DNA of 64,000 nucleotides from a virus (Duplodnaviria; Caudoviricetes): IMG/VR virus record IMGVR_UViG_650627111_000001, positions 1 to 64,000 of that record; one strand, 5' to 3'. Shown piece by piece: positions 39,191 to 48,685 of this stretch (position 1 is its first letter; each line of letters starts with the position of its first letter). The notes under the pieces were generated by a model. It saw only the letters and a program-made list of their open reading frames with translations, ran no database searches and was not told where the DNA came from. The position numbers and the translations under genes were made by a program.

Positions 39191-42100
39191 TCAGAAAGGT
39201 CTTGCTTGATGGATGATCTTTTTCACACCTTCTTGACCTACAGGGGATGTCACCACTGCCTCAGCAATCACCTTGCTATCTAATTGGATAGTTACCGGAG
39301 TTGAAACTGTTGCAGAGGCTCCATAACCACTACCCCCCATACCTAACGATGATGTTGGTTTAACACCTCCATACATGCGCATTCTGGCATCTTCTACACT
39401 ACCAGCAGGGATTGGTTGGTCGTGAGTAGGTACTTTCAAGAAATCAAATAGCTCTTTGATCTTGTTCATCAAATCTTCGATTGGTTTGGCAATGTCATTT
39501 ATATTCTTACCCAGCAAAGTACGTTTACCTGTAGGTGCAAAGAACTCTGCCAACTCTTCAAGTAAACCAATCACAAAAGTAATTGCGGTTGCAATCAAGC
39601 CAAACTTAAGCAAGAGTGGTGACATAGCTATTGCTACACCAATCAAACCTTTTCTTATTACAGCTAGAGCTGCTGTCCAGAATACAGGAGAGAATGCAAC
39701 ACCTGCTGCTGCTGTGAAGTTTCCAAATAATTCTGTCAATCCATTCAGCACACTACCTAATGCACTTACGGCAGGTTCAAGGATATTATCCACTACCCAA
39801 GCAATACCTTTGAAAACACCACCTATTGTTTTACCAATAGCTTTCCATGTGTGGGAGTTTTCTTTAAAGAATTTTGCCAGTTCGTTGAATAAATCTGTTA
39901 AACCTTCACCCCAACCGCTTTCGAATATAATATTACCTGCTTGTTGCATAGTGTTCATCAAGCGACCCATTGCAACTCGGTTAGAGTTAAGGGCTTTCTC
40001 CAAGCCACCTGACGCAGCCTCTCGCATACGTTTTGCAAAGTGAGGCATAACTACATCAGCAGCAACCTTGCCTTGCTCCATTAATTTCATCAACGATTTG
40101 ATGGTACCATCTGTGGATAACCCAGCATCCTTAGCAGCTAGAGCCATCAATCTCATTGCGTTGGGCATTACTTCCATTTCTTGTTCAGGTATGTTCGCTA
40201 CACATACCCCGTCCAACAGGACAGCTTAACATCTCTGTTAAGTTCGGATCATATCTTAACCTTTCGGCTCTTACTATTTCCAGTATCGATAGCTTATACT
40301 GTACTCTACTCGCTTCCACTTGAATGTGTGCTTTCGATGATCTCTGAACACTTCCCTTTTCGGGATTCTGCTGCTGATTGTCCAATCCTTTTGATTTTCA
40401 AGCATTCACGCTCAGGCTTATTTCATCCTCACGTTGTAGCTCAAAAGGCTATAAGGGTTTTCCAGCAATTAAGTAAGTTTATACTGAGCAAAGTTTACCT
40501 AAACCCAGTTGACCTTTTCATCTGTTCGTTGAGGTCGCAACACTCTCAACCGCTTTCGCTGCCCAATGTCACCACTGGGTATCGGACTATATCTTCACCT
40601 TCAACATTACTTGGTCAGGTGTTGTACACTTGGAGCGCCATTTGCTTGCTGCCCTACTTCCTTTCGGAATAGTCTCTGAACATTATTCTTAGAAATATTC
40701 ATCCGTTAGTGATTTGTATCTAATTTTATACCGGATTCGTTTACACTCTATAGGGGTTATATTCTTATTTGAACTTTTATTGGATATTTGTCTATCAGAT
40801 AAACCTTTTACTATCTGCTCACAAACCCAACGTATAGATTCTTCAGATAAGGTAAATTTGTAAGTATGGTCAATATTATATAACACCCTGATATGGAAAT
40901 AAGTATCCCCAGCTTTCAATTTCCTAACAATATCCTTACTTACTCCGTATTTTTCGGCAAGGTATTTAGTAGGTAAACCTTCTTGCAATTCTTGGCATAG
41001 TTTATGAACAATATCTTCAGACATACTTGCGTTATAAAGGTCTTCACCTTTACCTTTTAAACCTGTGTTAATAGCGTGTCTTTGATTTTGGGAGTGGCTT
41101 ACGTGTTCTAAGTTGTTAACGTGATTATTCAACTTATTACCGTCTTTATGATTGACCTGTGTTTTCACTTCAGGGTCATCGTTTGGTATCCAAGCCCAAG
41201 CTACGGCAACATGAACGAAAGAGTTTCGTGGTTTATTGTCGTGACATGATCTAAACATAAGGTAAGGACTATTACCACGGTTAGGTGATCTTGACATCTC
41301 CTTACCAGTATCAATCCTGAAAATTCTTCCACACTTAGATGCGGAGTAGTTCGGCAAATACGGAATACGTTTTGATTCTACACCATAGAAATTAAAGATT
41401 TCATTTTCCATTTTATCTCCTACTGTCTTCGGAGTCTAAGAATATTAGCTGCGGATTGTCAGAATAACTTAGACGAGTTTTTACTTTACCTGACACATTA
41501 CTGTCAGCCCTATTCTATGTTACCATGAATAGTTAGTATCGTCAAGAACTGATTCCCCGCAATTCGTACAATTTATTTTTCTATGTATTTCTACATAACG
41601 AACCAAAAAGTTTATATAAAACAATAACTTAGTTCTTCCTTATAATTCAATGAGTTACGCTAAAACTCACCAGCACAATTGTGCATCTTTATGTTTCCAT
41701 AAAGAATAGACCATATCTTCACCCGAAGGTGTCTCCCGTTTCCCTAAAGATTTCATTTCAGAAATCACCGTCAATAGCTTACGTGGTATGCCTGCTTTAT
41801 CAGGTCTTACTGGTCGTTGGACGTTACTCTACATTAGAGTCTTCGCTGCTGATTGTCAACATATCTTCAGAATTTTTAGGGTTCGCTAGTACATCACTGT
41901 CTAGTATCCTATCTGAAGCTTTATGAGGTTCCAGCAATTAAAGAGATTTTACATGACCCAAGAAATTAAGCCATGACTTGGTTCTTTGATAAGACTTGTG
42001 TGAGAGCCGTAAAAGCCCTTCCAGATTCATCTGCACTTAAACCAAGTACTGTTGACATTTCGGACAATCCTCTAAAGGACTCTTGGATTGTGCCAATCGC

Positions 42101-42994
42101 CACTGTATCACCCGCAGAAGCAAGCATTTTTGCGAATTGTTTACTACCCTCTTTCAAAGGAGTACCAAGCCGCATAGCTTCATCTCGAACAAAGGCAAGA
42201 TGTTGTCCTGCAAGTTGAGCATCATTTGTTACAGAGAGCATCGTATTTGATACAGATTCAAACTCTTGCCCTACTCGTGTGATACCAGAGACTAACCCTG
42301 CTGCTGCAAATGCACTCACCATGTTACCAGCCATTTGCTGTGAGGATTGTTGCATTCTTCGCATCAAAAAGTTTTGCTTTTCGTATTCACGAGTATTCTC
42401 ACGAGCTATACGCAACCGCACCCTTTCAGCTTTAACTGCATTACGTAATTCATCAGCAGTTTTAGCTTGCATCATCGCTTGTTTGATTGCATTTTTGTAA
42501 GCTTGCTCTGCTAAACTCAAGTTATCTTTGTTGAGAAGATATTCTTTACTAAGAGAAGTTTTGTACCTTTCAAGTTGCCCTAAACGTTTTCTTTCACTAC
42601 GTTCTAACTCTTGATAATACGCTCGCATATTCTCAGCACCCGTAGGTGCTGTGATATTCCCTACAGCTTGTTTAATCCTAGCTTTCCCGATATTATTAGC
42701 TTGCTGCTCTGCACGTAGCCTATCTTTTACAGCACTAATACTTCTTCGTGTTCGCTCTTTTTCTTCCTGCGCATGACGTTTGGTTATTGCAGCTTGAACA
42801 ATTTCATAATTCTTTTGTTCCTGCTGTAACATCCTCGCCAGTGCAGTATCTTTAGCTTTTAAACTGGCAGTTTGCCTACGATATGATTCTTGTTGGATTC
42901 TATTCAAGTCTGACAAAGCTTTCCGCATTTTCTGGATAGCTGCCATACCTGTGAATTCCAACCCAGCACCATAGCGTACTAAGTTTTCAGCCAT
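39191..42994 (-). CDS. Tape measure protein, spliced: exons 42994-41969, 41638-41631, 40518-40503, 40174-39191 (677 aa)
   Basis: Joined exons read ...SKNQVMA|EEL|KGQLG|EVMPNAM..., restoring the TMP motif in frame; lies between the chaperone and Dit-like genes. Confidence 0.92.
40175..40502 (-). ncRNA. Group I intron 3 (328 nt, IA2-like, no ORF)
   Basis: P AAUUGCUGGAAA, Q AAUCAGCAG, R GUUCAGAGAUCA, S AAGAUAUGAUC; P1 ACUGGGU/GCUCAGU; P10 GAAGU/ACUUU; terminal G. Confidence 0.92.
40519..41630 (-). mobile_element. Group I intron 2 (1112 nt) with HNH ORF in the P6a loop
   Basis: P AAUUGCGGGGAA, Q AAUCCGCAG, R GUUCAGAGACUA, S AAGAUAUAGUC; P1 GAACU/GGUUC; P10 AAAAGGU/ACUUUUU; P6a UAUUCUUAGA/UCUAAGAAUA flanks the ORF. 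Confidence 0.92.
40689..41411 (-). CDS. Intron-encoded HNH homing endonuclease
   Basis: VH..VA...VNHKDGNKLNNHVNNLE.VS...N..HA; two C-terminal HTH-like repeats; AGGAG RBS. Confidence 0.92.
   Translation of the reverse strand: MENEIFNFYGVESKRIPYLPNYSASKCGRIFRIDTGKEMSRSPNRGNSPYLMFRSCHDNKPRNSFVHVAVAWAWIPNDDPEVKTQVNHKDGNKLNNHVNNLEHVSHSQNQRHAINTGLKGKGEDLYNASMSEDIVHKLCQELQEGLPTKYLAEKYGVSKDIVRKLKAGDTYFHIRVLYNIDHTYKFTLSEESIRWVCEQIVKGLSDRQISNKSSNKNITPIECKRIRYKIRYKSLTDEYF
41639..41968 (-). ncRNA. Group I intron 1 (330 nt, IA2-like, no ORF)
   Basis: P AAUUGCUGGAA, Q AAUCAGCAG, R GUCCAACGACCA, S AAGAUAUGGUC; P1 CAUGGCU/GGUCAUG with U.G at the splice site; terminal G. Confidence 0.92.
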
Positions 42995-43009
42995 ATTACA
43001 CCTCTTCGG

Positions 43010-43767
43010 TTATTTTGGTTGTGGGTTTAGTTTACTTTGATCACGTTCTATATGGATAACCCTGTCTGTACGGTAATCTACAAAGAATTCCAATTCATAA
43101 AATTGGTCATAATCCCACTCATGTAATATTGTATCTATACTTTCCTTACAATATTCCGAACAAACCAACTCAAATGCACGAGAGTAAATAAGTAAGTTTG
43201 GATTCTGCTCTATTGCAGAGTCTATTACTCTAAACTCAAGTCTTCTTGTTTTTCCTCGCTCTTCGGCATGTTCTCTACGAAGCTCTTCACGAGTTTTGAC
43301 AACGACCTTATCTTTGAGTTGAACATACCTTGCTTTATAAAAAAACTGTACAGATTCTCCTTTAGTGTCCAGAATAGTACGTCGAGAAAGTCTGCTTCAT
43401 ATTCTTCTTGGTCGAATAAATCACTATAATCATCAACCTTAACCCACTCTTCTTCTTCACTATCGTAATAACTTAGTCCACTTAGAGTTTTATCTACTAA
43501 AGTTGAGATATGTTCACGAGTTAATGTTGAATTTAGGACAGAGAAAGCTTCGGTTAGGGCATATTTTTTGGATGATAATACATCCTCAAATAACTCTTGA
43601 TCTGCTGATTTAGTACCGTCAATCAAATCACCTGCTAACATAGTTAAGCTTGGTGACACTACTTTTAGTAATTCGGTACCTTCTTCAAATACAGTTTTTG
43701 TATTCCATTTTTGAAGTTTGTATTTATGATTGTTGATAGTTGTTGTTACGCTACGTTTTGATAACAT
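43010..43767 (-). CDS. Tail assembly chaperone GT (-1 frameshift product, about 252 aa)
   Basis: Slippery T TTT TTT at 43345-43339; the -1 frame is open for 109 codons with no ATG, to TAA at 43012-43010. Confidence 0.8.
43225..43767 (-). CDS. Tail assembly chaperone G
   Basis: Between the tube and TMP genes; contains the slippery site. Confidence 0.85.
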   Translation of the reverse strand: MLSKRSVTTTINNHKYKLQKWNTKTVFEEGTELLKVVSPSLTMLAGDLIDGTKSADQELFEDVLSSKKYALTEAFSVLNSTLTREHISTLVDKTLSGLSYYDSEEEEWVKVDDYSDLFDQEEYEADFLDVLFWTLKENLYSFFIKQGMFNSKIRSLSKLVKSFVENMPKSEEKQEDLSLE

Positions 43768-43823
43768 ATATTTTCTCCTTGAAATGAAAAAAGAGCTAGG
43801 GTTTCCCCTAGCCCCATGCAGGA

Positions 43824-44285
43824 TTAGATTAAGTAATCTGCCAAGTTTGCCATGATAAGTGCTGGGTCACCACGAAGTAGTAATTCACAGTGGAAAGTGA
43901 ATGTACGCTCACCTACCTCTTTCTCCCATGATTCACCTACACCGCTCTGTAAGCTTGCGTTCAATGCTACGAATGAACCTGTCGAACCTAGTGGGTCGTT
44001 GAAGATAATCTGACCGGAGTAAGGGATTGCAACTCGACTATTGACAATCTGCTCTGCTGCGATGATATTATCCAACAGCTCAACAGTGGTTGCGGTTTGG
44101 TCGTAGGTTACACTAAATGTTGCAGAACGGTCAGCTAAGATACTAGTGGTACGTTTGCCTTGCGCATCCATCTTAAATGCTTTTAGATCACCACTTGGTT
44201 CGATTGACATAGACTGGTAACCTTCTGCAAGGTCAATACCATTCCAGTTACTAAGTACCGAACCGGAGTTATAAGTACGCCCCAT
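43824..44285 (-). CDS. Tail tube protein
   Basis: TY......NG; follows the sheath gene; 153 aa. Confidence 0.8.
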   Translation of the reverse strand: MGRTYNSGSVLSNWNGIDLAEGYQSMSIEPSGDLKAFKMDAQGKRTTSILADRSATFSVTYDQTATTVELLDNIIAAEQIVNSRVAIPYSGQIIFNDPLGSTGSFVALNASLQSGVGESWEKEVGERTFTFHCELLLRGDPALIMANLADYLI

Positions 44286-44286
44286 A

Positions 44287-45678
44287 TTATGCTAACTCCT
44301 CTTTATAAGTTAGGTTGCCGTTGATAATTGCAAAGTTGATCTTAGATGCAAAGTATGCGTTGTAAGTTACGTCTTTGAGGATACGTGCAGCTTGATCAGA
44401 GAACGAGATGCGATCAGGTACTTTTACAGGATCGAAACTTGCAAATAGTTTACGTTCAACACCCTCAATCAGTACACTCTCAACACGTTCTTTCACAATT
44501 GCAAGATCGGCACGAGTCATTGTTAATGGTAAGCCGCCATTGTTTGCATTCAACAGTGCAGTGAGTACACGTACTTCAATCTGGTCATCAACCCAGTCTT
44601 TAATCTGCACCAAATCAGACCAATGGCTTGTACCAATCGCATTTGTACCACCATGCATGAAACTGACGCGACGTTCTTTACCAACCCAGCTAGCATTACG
44701 ATCAGCAATGTAGCCTTGTTCGGTTTTGTTTAGTAAGCGACCTAAATCTGGATGACGTGCTGCTGGAGCTGTGTTCTGTAAGAACTTCCAGTTAACTGCA
44801 CCTGCAAAGTATCCACCTACCTTCACACAAGCTGCCAGTTCTGGGAAGATATTATCAGCTTGGTCATGCCATTCACCCATTGTACGGGTATATTCAGCTT
44901 CGTAAAGTTTACCAAGTAGGTCATCTGCTGCTACAGGATCTGTCAGTACAGTTAGTGTAGATAGTGCGGAGGATGCAACACGGTATTGCTTCTTATAATC
45001 ACTATTCTCTGTAGCTTCGACAGCATCAGCAAGCGATTTAACGAATGTTAAATCACGAGATTCACTTGTTACAAAGTAGAACTCTTCGTTTGCTTCATCT
45101 TCAACTGCTGCGTAAGCTTCTGCACCTGTTACACTGTGCTCATAGCTTTGTACTAGGTTGCTTGTAGCTTCTTCAATGATGATTTGATGCCCAGCAGAAG
45201 GGGTAAACTTCAGTACATCACCAACAGATGAAAAAGTAACTTCTGCAGGTGGAGCTACGATACTTGCAATCAACTCTGTTACAATTTCGTTTGCTGTTGC
45301 AGTAACACTAGATGTATGTGTCATTTCAAATGATGCAACATCGCTCAAATCAACTTTATCAAACACTTTACATTTGATTTTGTATGGTTTACTATTTTGA
45401 ACAGTGGGGGTAAATGTAACGCTGTCTGTGTCAATACGACCTAAATAAATAGGGGATGCACCACCTACTTGTTTAAACGCTTGCTGTAAAGCTTTATATG
45501 CGTTACTATAGGTTGGGATGGCTTTGTCGTTATTAACATCTTCCATCGTATAGTACGGCTTAGTAGCTGTACGGAAATAGTTGTGTGCTGCAATAAAAAT
45601 ACTATTGTTCAGGTTTGCACCTGCAGCAGCGACAGTGGAGAGCCTTGTGATCGACTCCACCGAATTTTTGTAAGGCAT
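44287..45678 (-). CDS. Tail sheath protein (DUF3383-like)
   Basis: NWKF, D....DW, size and synteny. Confidence 0.85.
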   Translation of the reverse strand: MPYKNSVESITRLSTVAAAGANLNNSIFIAAHNYFRTATKPYYTMEDVNNDKAIPTYSNAYKALQQAFKQVGGASPIYLGRIDTDSVTFTPTVQNSKPYKIKCKVFDKVDLSDVASFEMTHTSSVTATANEIVTELIASIVAPPAEVTFSSVGDVLKFTPSAGHQIIIEEATSNLVQSYEHSVTGAEAYAAVEDEANEEFYFVTSESRDLTFVKSLADAVEATENSDYKKQYRVASSALSTLTVLTDPVAADDLLGKLYEAEYTRTMGEWHDQADNIFPELAACVKVGGYFAGAVNWKFLQNTAPAARHPDLGRLLNKTEQGYIADRNASWVGKERRVSFMHGGTNAIGTSHWSDLVQIKDWVDDQIEVRVLTALLNANNGGLPLTMTRADLAIVKERVESVLIEGVERKLFASFDPVKVPDRISFSDQAARILKDVTYNAYFASKINFAIINGNLTYKEELA

Positions 45679-45724
45679 TTCTTATCCTCTTATTAATGTT
45701 GACATTGCATCAACGTTATATCTT

Positions 45725-45796
45725 CTTTTACGTAAAAGCATTAACACACATGTGTGTTAATAAACTAATTATAACAGAAATAGTAATTGTTATCAA
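45725..45796 (-). promoter_or_regulatory. Sheath promoter with palindromic leader
   Basis: TTGATA-17-TATAAT; perfect palindromes at 45740-45761 and 45725-45738. Confidence 0.65.
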
Positions 45797-45807
45797 TTAT
45801 GTTTACG

Positions 45808-46785
45808 TTATGGTATATAATCCGGTCTTGCAATAGTACGCTCTTTATTATCCATAACTTGTGTTTTATCAATAAAGAATTTACCCTGCTTAACTTCTAC
45901 TGCGTACAATGCACCACCTTGCATCTCTATATATCTATCAATCAAATCAAACTCAATAATAGTGGTACTTGCATCCATATGGTTTAATCCATCAATAACA
46001 GGTACTGGAGTAATTGTTATATCTTTTTGGATGGAAGCATTTACCTTTTCAAAAAATGTCTGGCGGTGGTTATCGTACTGGATGCGGCGTTTAAACTGGT
46101 TGAGTATATAACCTGCGGATGGAGTACCATTGGTTAATACTTGCTGATAATCGCCACTCTCGCAACGTACACTTACTCGCATCTTTATATAGGCTTCTAC
46201 GTAAGGCCGTTGTACACCATCTACCTCAATACTACCTTTGCCATAAACAGAGTTGTGCTCTTCATGTAAAATAGGTGTAACTACGATTAATGGATATTGG
46301 CAAATAGGTTGCTTACCGTATTGCATATAAGCAGCAGGTTTACCAATCGGTGCGGCTACTAATTCCTCGGTAATAGTAATATTAGGTGATACTGTTATAC
46401 CTTGCACAAAACCTACACCTTCTTTTGCTGCTAAGGTAAAATATTTACCTACATCTAAAGTAAAGTCTAAGTTTGTACTAAAATATAGTAGTGGGGTAGC
46501 AGCAGAAAAGGTATCCACCAAAGCAGTATAAAGTTCGTCTACAGTTTCTGTGCCTATCGAAGTAAATGTTAAATTTACTACAGCGGTTACACCAGTATCC
46601 AAATCCATTACTTCAGTATCAAGTGTATAAGTTGCAGGGGTGGTGATGTCGGTCAAGTCAATTTTGTAAGAGTTACTACTTACTGTTAAACTTCCTAACA
46701 AATCTGGTACAACTTCACCAATAGCTTCTGCTATCGTGCGACATCGCTGCACTGGATCGAATGGAATAGATTGTATGTTCCACAT
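45808..46785 (-). CDS. Tail terminator/neck protein
   Basis: Synteny upstream of the sheath; P...YP.I motif. Confidence 0.6.
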   Translation of the reverse strand: MWNIQSIPFDPVQRCRTIAEAIGEVVPDLLGSLTVSSNSYKIDLTDITTPATYTLDTEVMDLDTGVTAVVNLTFTSIGTETVDELYTALVDTFSAATPLLYFSTNLDFTLDVGKYFTLAAKEGVGFVQGITVSPNITITEELVAAPIGKPAAYMQYGKQPICQYPLIVVTPILHEEHNSVYGKGSIEVDGVQRPYVEAYIKMRVSVRCESGDYQQVLTNGTPSAGYILNQFKRRIQYDNHRQTFFEKVNASIQKDITITPVPVIDGLNHMDASTTIIEFDLIDRYIEMQGGALYAVEVKQGKFFIDKTQVMDNKERTIARPDYIP

Positions 46786-47204
46786 TATTTTAACCGTCCT
46801 TCCTTAATTACAACATAATCGTGCTGTGTGTTATCCAGCAATAAAAATCCATCATTTTCTATCCACTCTTCAGCACGCCAAACTTCATACGCTTGTGGTT
46901 TTTTACCTGTAGCTTTACTCGGATCTGCAAAATAAATGATGTCAGCTTTTGTACTATTGGTTGTTGCATCGTCCCAAGTTTTTAATAACTTTTCTGTAAA
47001 TAGCCACTTTGCCTCGGTTGTTTTAACACCGGATGGCAATAGTTCAGCTTCATCAGGATCGAATGGTTCCCACAAACATGGAAAGGATTGATATGTGATC
47101 GTAGGTGGTGGTTGTACCAGTACGCCATTGTGCCACGTTGCAGGTAGTTTTGTTTCTACTTTTAAGTATGCTACCTTCTCTTTAACTAATTTCCATTGTG
47201 CCAT
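46785..47204 (-). CDS. Head closure protein
   Basis: LPSG......LFT, YEV...W; synteny. Confidence 0.65.
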   Translation of the reverse strand: MAQWKLVKEKVAYLKVETKLPATWHNGVLVQPPPTITYQSFPCLWEPFDPDEAELLPSGVKTTEAKWLFTEKLLKTWDDATTNSTKADIIYFADPSKATGKKPQAYEVWRAEEWIENDGFLLLDNTQHDYVVIKEGRLK

Positions 47205-47209
47205 AAATT

Positions 47210-47725
47210 TTACCCGTTGTTACTATACACTAAAGTGTTGTTTTTGAAGTAGGACATGTGTTTAGCAAAGTCGCCTGTCCAATATAGTGGTTTGTTCGGA
47301 TCTGCACCATCTAATAACTTCTGCCTTTTTACACCTTCACTGTTTGCAGTAAGGTAAGCTTCATTCCCCATTACAAGGTTAAAAGTTGGTCGGAACTCTT
47401 CCCAAAACGCTTTACCAATATCATCAATACTCTTGGTAGGCTTACCTTTTAAATTGGTTAAATACCCTCGTAATGCAGTTTTAAACTTAGTGGTATTAAC
47501 CTTAACCAAAGGTTGCATTATGTCAAAAATTGGACGGGCAGGTATGTTGGCTGTAGAGCTACCTGCAGAAAGTATTGCGGCGAGATCGGGGTAGTTAAAA
47601 CCGGAGTAGTGGGATTGCTGCATTTGGTGGTAACCGTAAAATAAGTCAGCTTTTTCCAAAGCTTTTATTCGCCTTTCTAGCTCAGCAATGTGGTTTTCTA
47701 GTTCCGTGAATTTTAGTACAAACAT
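47210..47725 (-). CDS. Neck/tail completion protein
   Basis: IPARP..., N.PL..TG motif. Confidence 0.7.
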   Translation of the reverse strand: MFVLKFTELENHIAELERRIKALEKADLFYGYHQMQQSHYSGFNYPDLAAILSAGSSTANIPARPIFDIMQPLVKVNTTKFKTALRGYLTNLKGKPTKSIDDIGKAFWEEFRPTFNLVMGNEAYLTANSEGVKRQKLLDGADPNKPLYWTGDFAKHMSYFKNNTLVYSNNG

Positions 47726-47826
47726 AAATAATCACATTCATTCTTCTTCATGTAGTAATTATAACATATTATATTCAGGAGTTACACACAAAGAAGAAAA
47801 CCTCCCATTTGGAAGGTTATTTATCC

Positions 47827-48507
47827 TTACCACGCCCCTTCAGATAAACCTGATTTGTCTAAAAGGTGGAATAGTACATTTTCACAGTCAGGATCAAATG
47901 TCTCCACCGACCAATCAGAATCATTGTGGTAATACCCACCCCTAGCGAGTTCTTCATGGATCCTTTGTTCCGTGTCATAAACTTCTTGGTGAGTACCTGT
48001 GTAGACGGCTAGAATATCGATTTCATCCTGTTTATGGTTAGAAACTCTAAGTAATTGTCTGGTTCGTTTCTCTACATCGAAACTGCGACCTACTTTAATA
48101 CAACCATCTTTCTTGAAGTTAATAACATATAAATAATCAATCACAGTCTTTCTGTGCTGTTTATCATTTGAGAACACCCAACCTTCAACATCACACACAT
48201 CAACAACCTGTTTAGAAGAATCTTTTTTAGATAATGTAATGACTAAACCAATGTCGCGTAGTGCCTTAGACAACTTCTTGAGTTTCTGGCCAGACATTGG
48301 GGCAACAGTAGCAACAATACTTTCCCAACTCTCGGTGTATTTGTTATTATACTTGATGCTCATGCAATATTTTTCACGCATGTAGAAGTACACACACTTC
48401 ATTTCTGGGGTGATTTGAATAACTTCACCAGTTGAGGTGTTGGTGGCTTGGTTAGATTCGAGGATAGTAACAGAAGCTACTACGTACTTATCTTTTTCTT
48501 GAATCAT
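47827..48507 (-). CDS. Odn (ICP1 gp88)-like chimeric nuclease: N-terminal wHTH plus C-terminal T5orf172
   Basis: GGAGG RBS at MIQEKD; YLYVI...IKVGRSF.V..R...E180..IH...ETF; divergent from a Bro-N/KilAC gene. Confidence 0.75.
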   Translation of the reverse strand: MIQEKDKYVVASVTILESNQATNTSTGEVIQITPEMKCVYFYMREKYCMSIKYNNKYTESWESIVATVAPMSGQKLKKLSKALRDIGLVITLSKKDSSKQVVDVCDVEGWVFSNDKQHRKTVIDYLYVINFKKDGCIKVGRSFDVEKRTRQLLRVSNHKQDEIDILAVYTGTHQEVYDTEQRIHEELARGGYYHNDSDWSVETFDPDCENVLFHLLDKSGLSEGAW

Positions 48508-48685
48508 ATTGTTTCCTCCAATAATTTCATATCCCGAATCATACCTCCGACAACTCCCGTTGTCAACACATACCATTTGCAAAATAATTTAAAATTTATG
48601 TTGACAGTGTATTCTCTTGTGATAGTATTGGTGTGTGCGAGAGATGTCCTCTTGCATTTATAAGATTTTAATAAAGGAGAAGTGT

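Noticed and set aside
39191-40216. Independent 341-aa gene starting MDGVCV
   Set aside because: The first 14 codons are intron 3 sequence; the rest is exon 4 of the tape-measure gene
40181-40672. 163-aa plus-strand ORF, and the ORFs at 40185-40385 and 41681-41926
   Set aside because: They overlap ribozyme cores and have no RBS or motifs; they are artefacts of intron sequence
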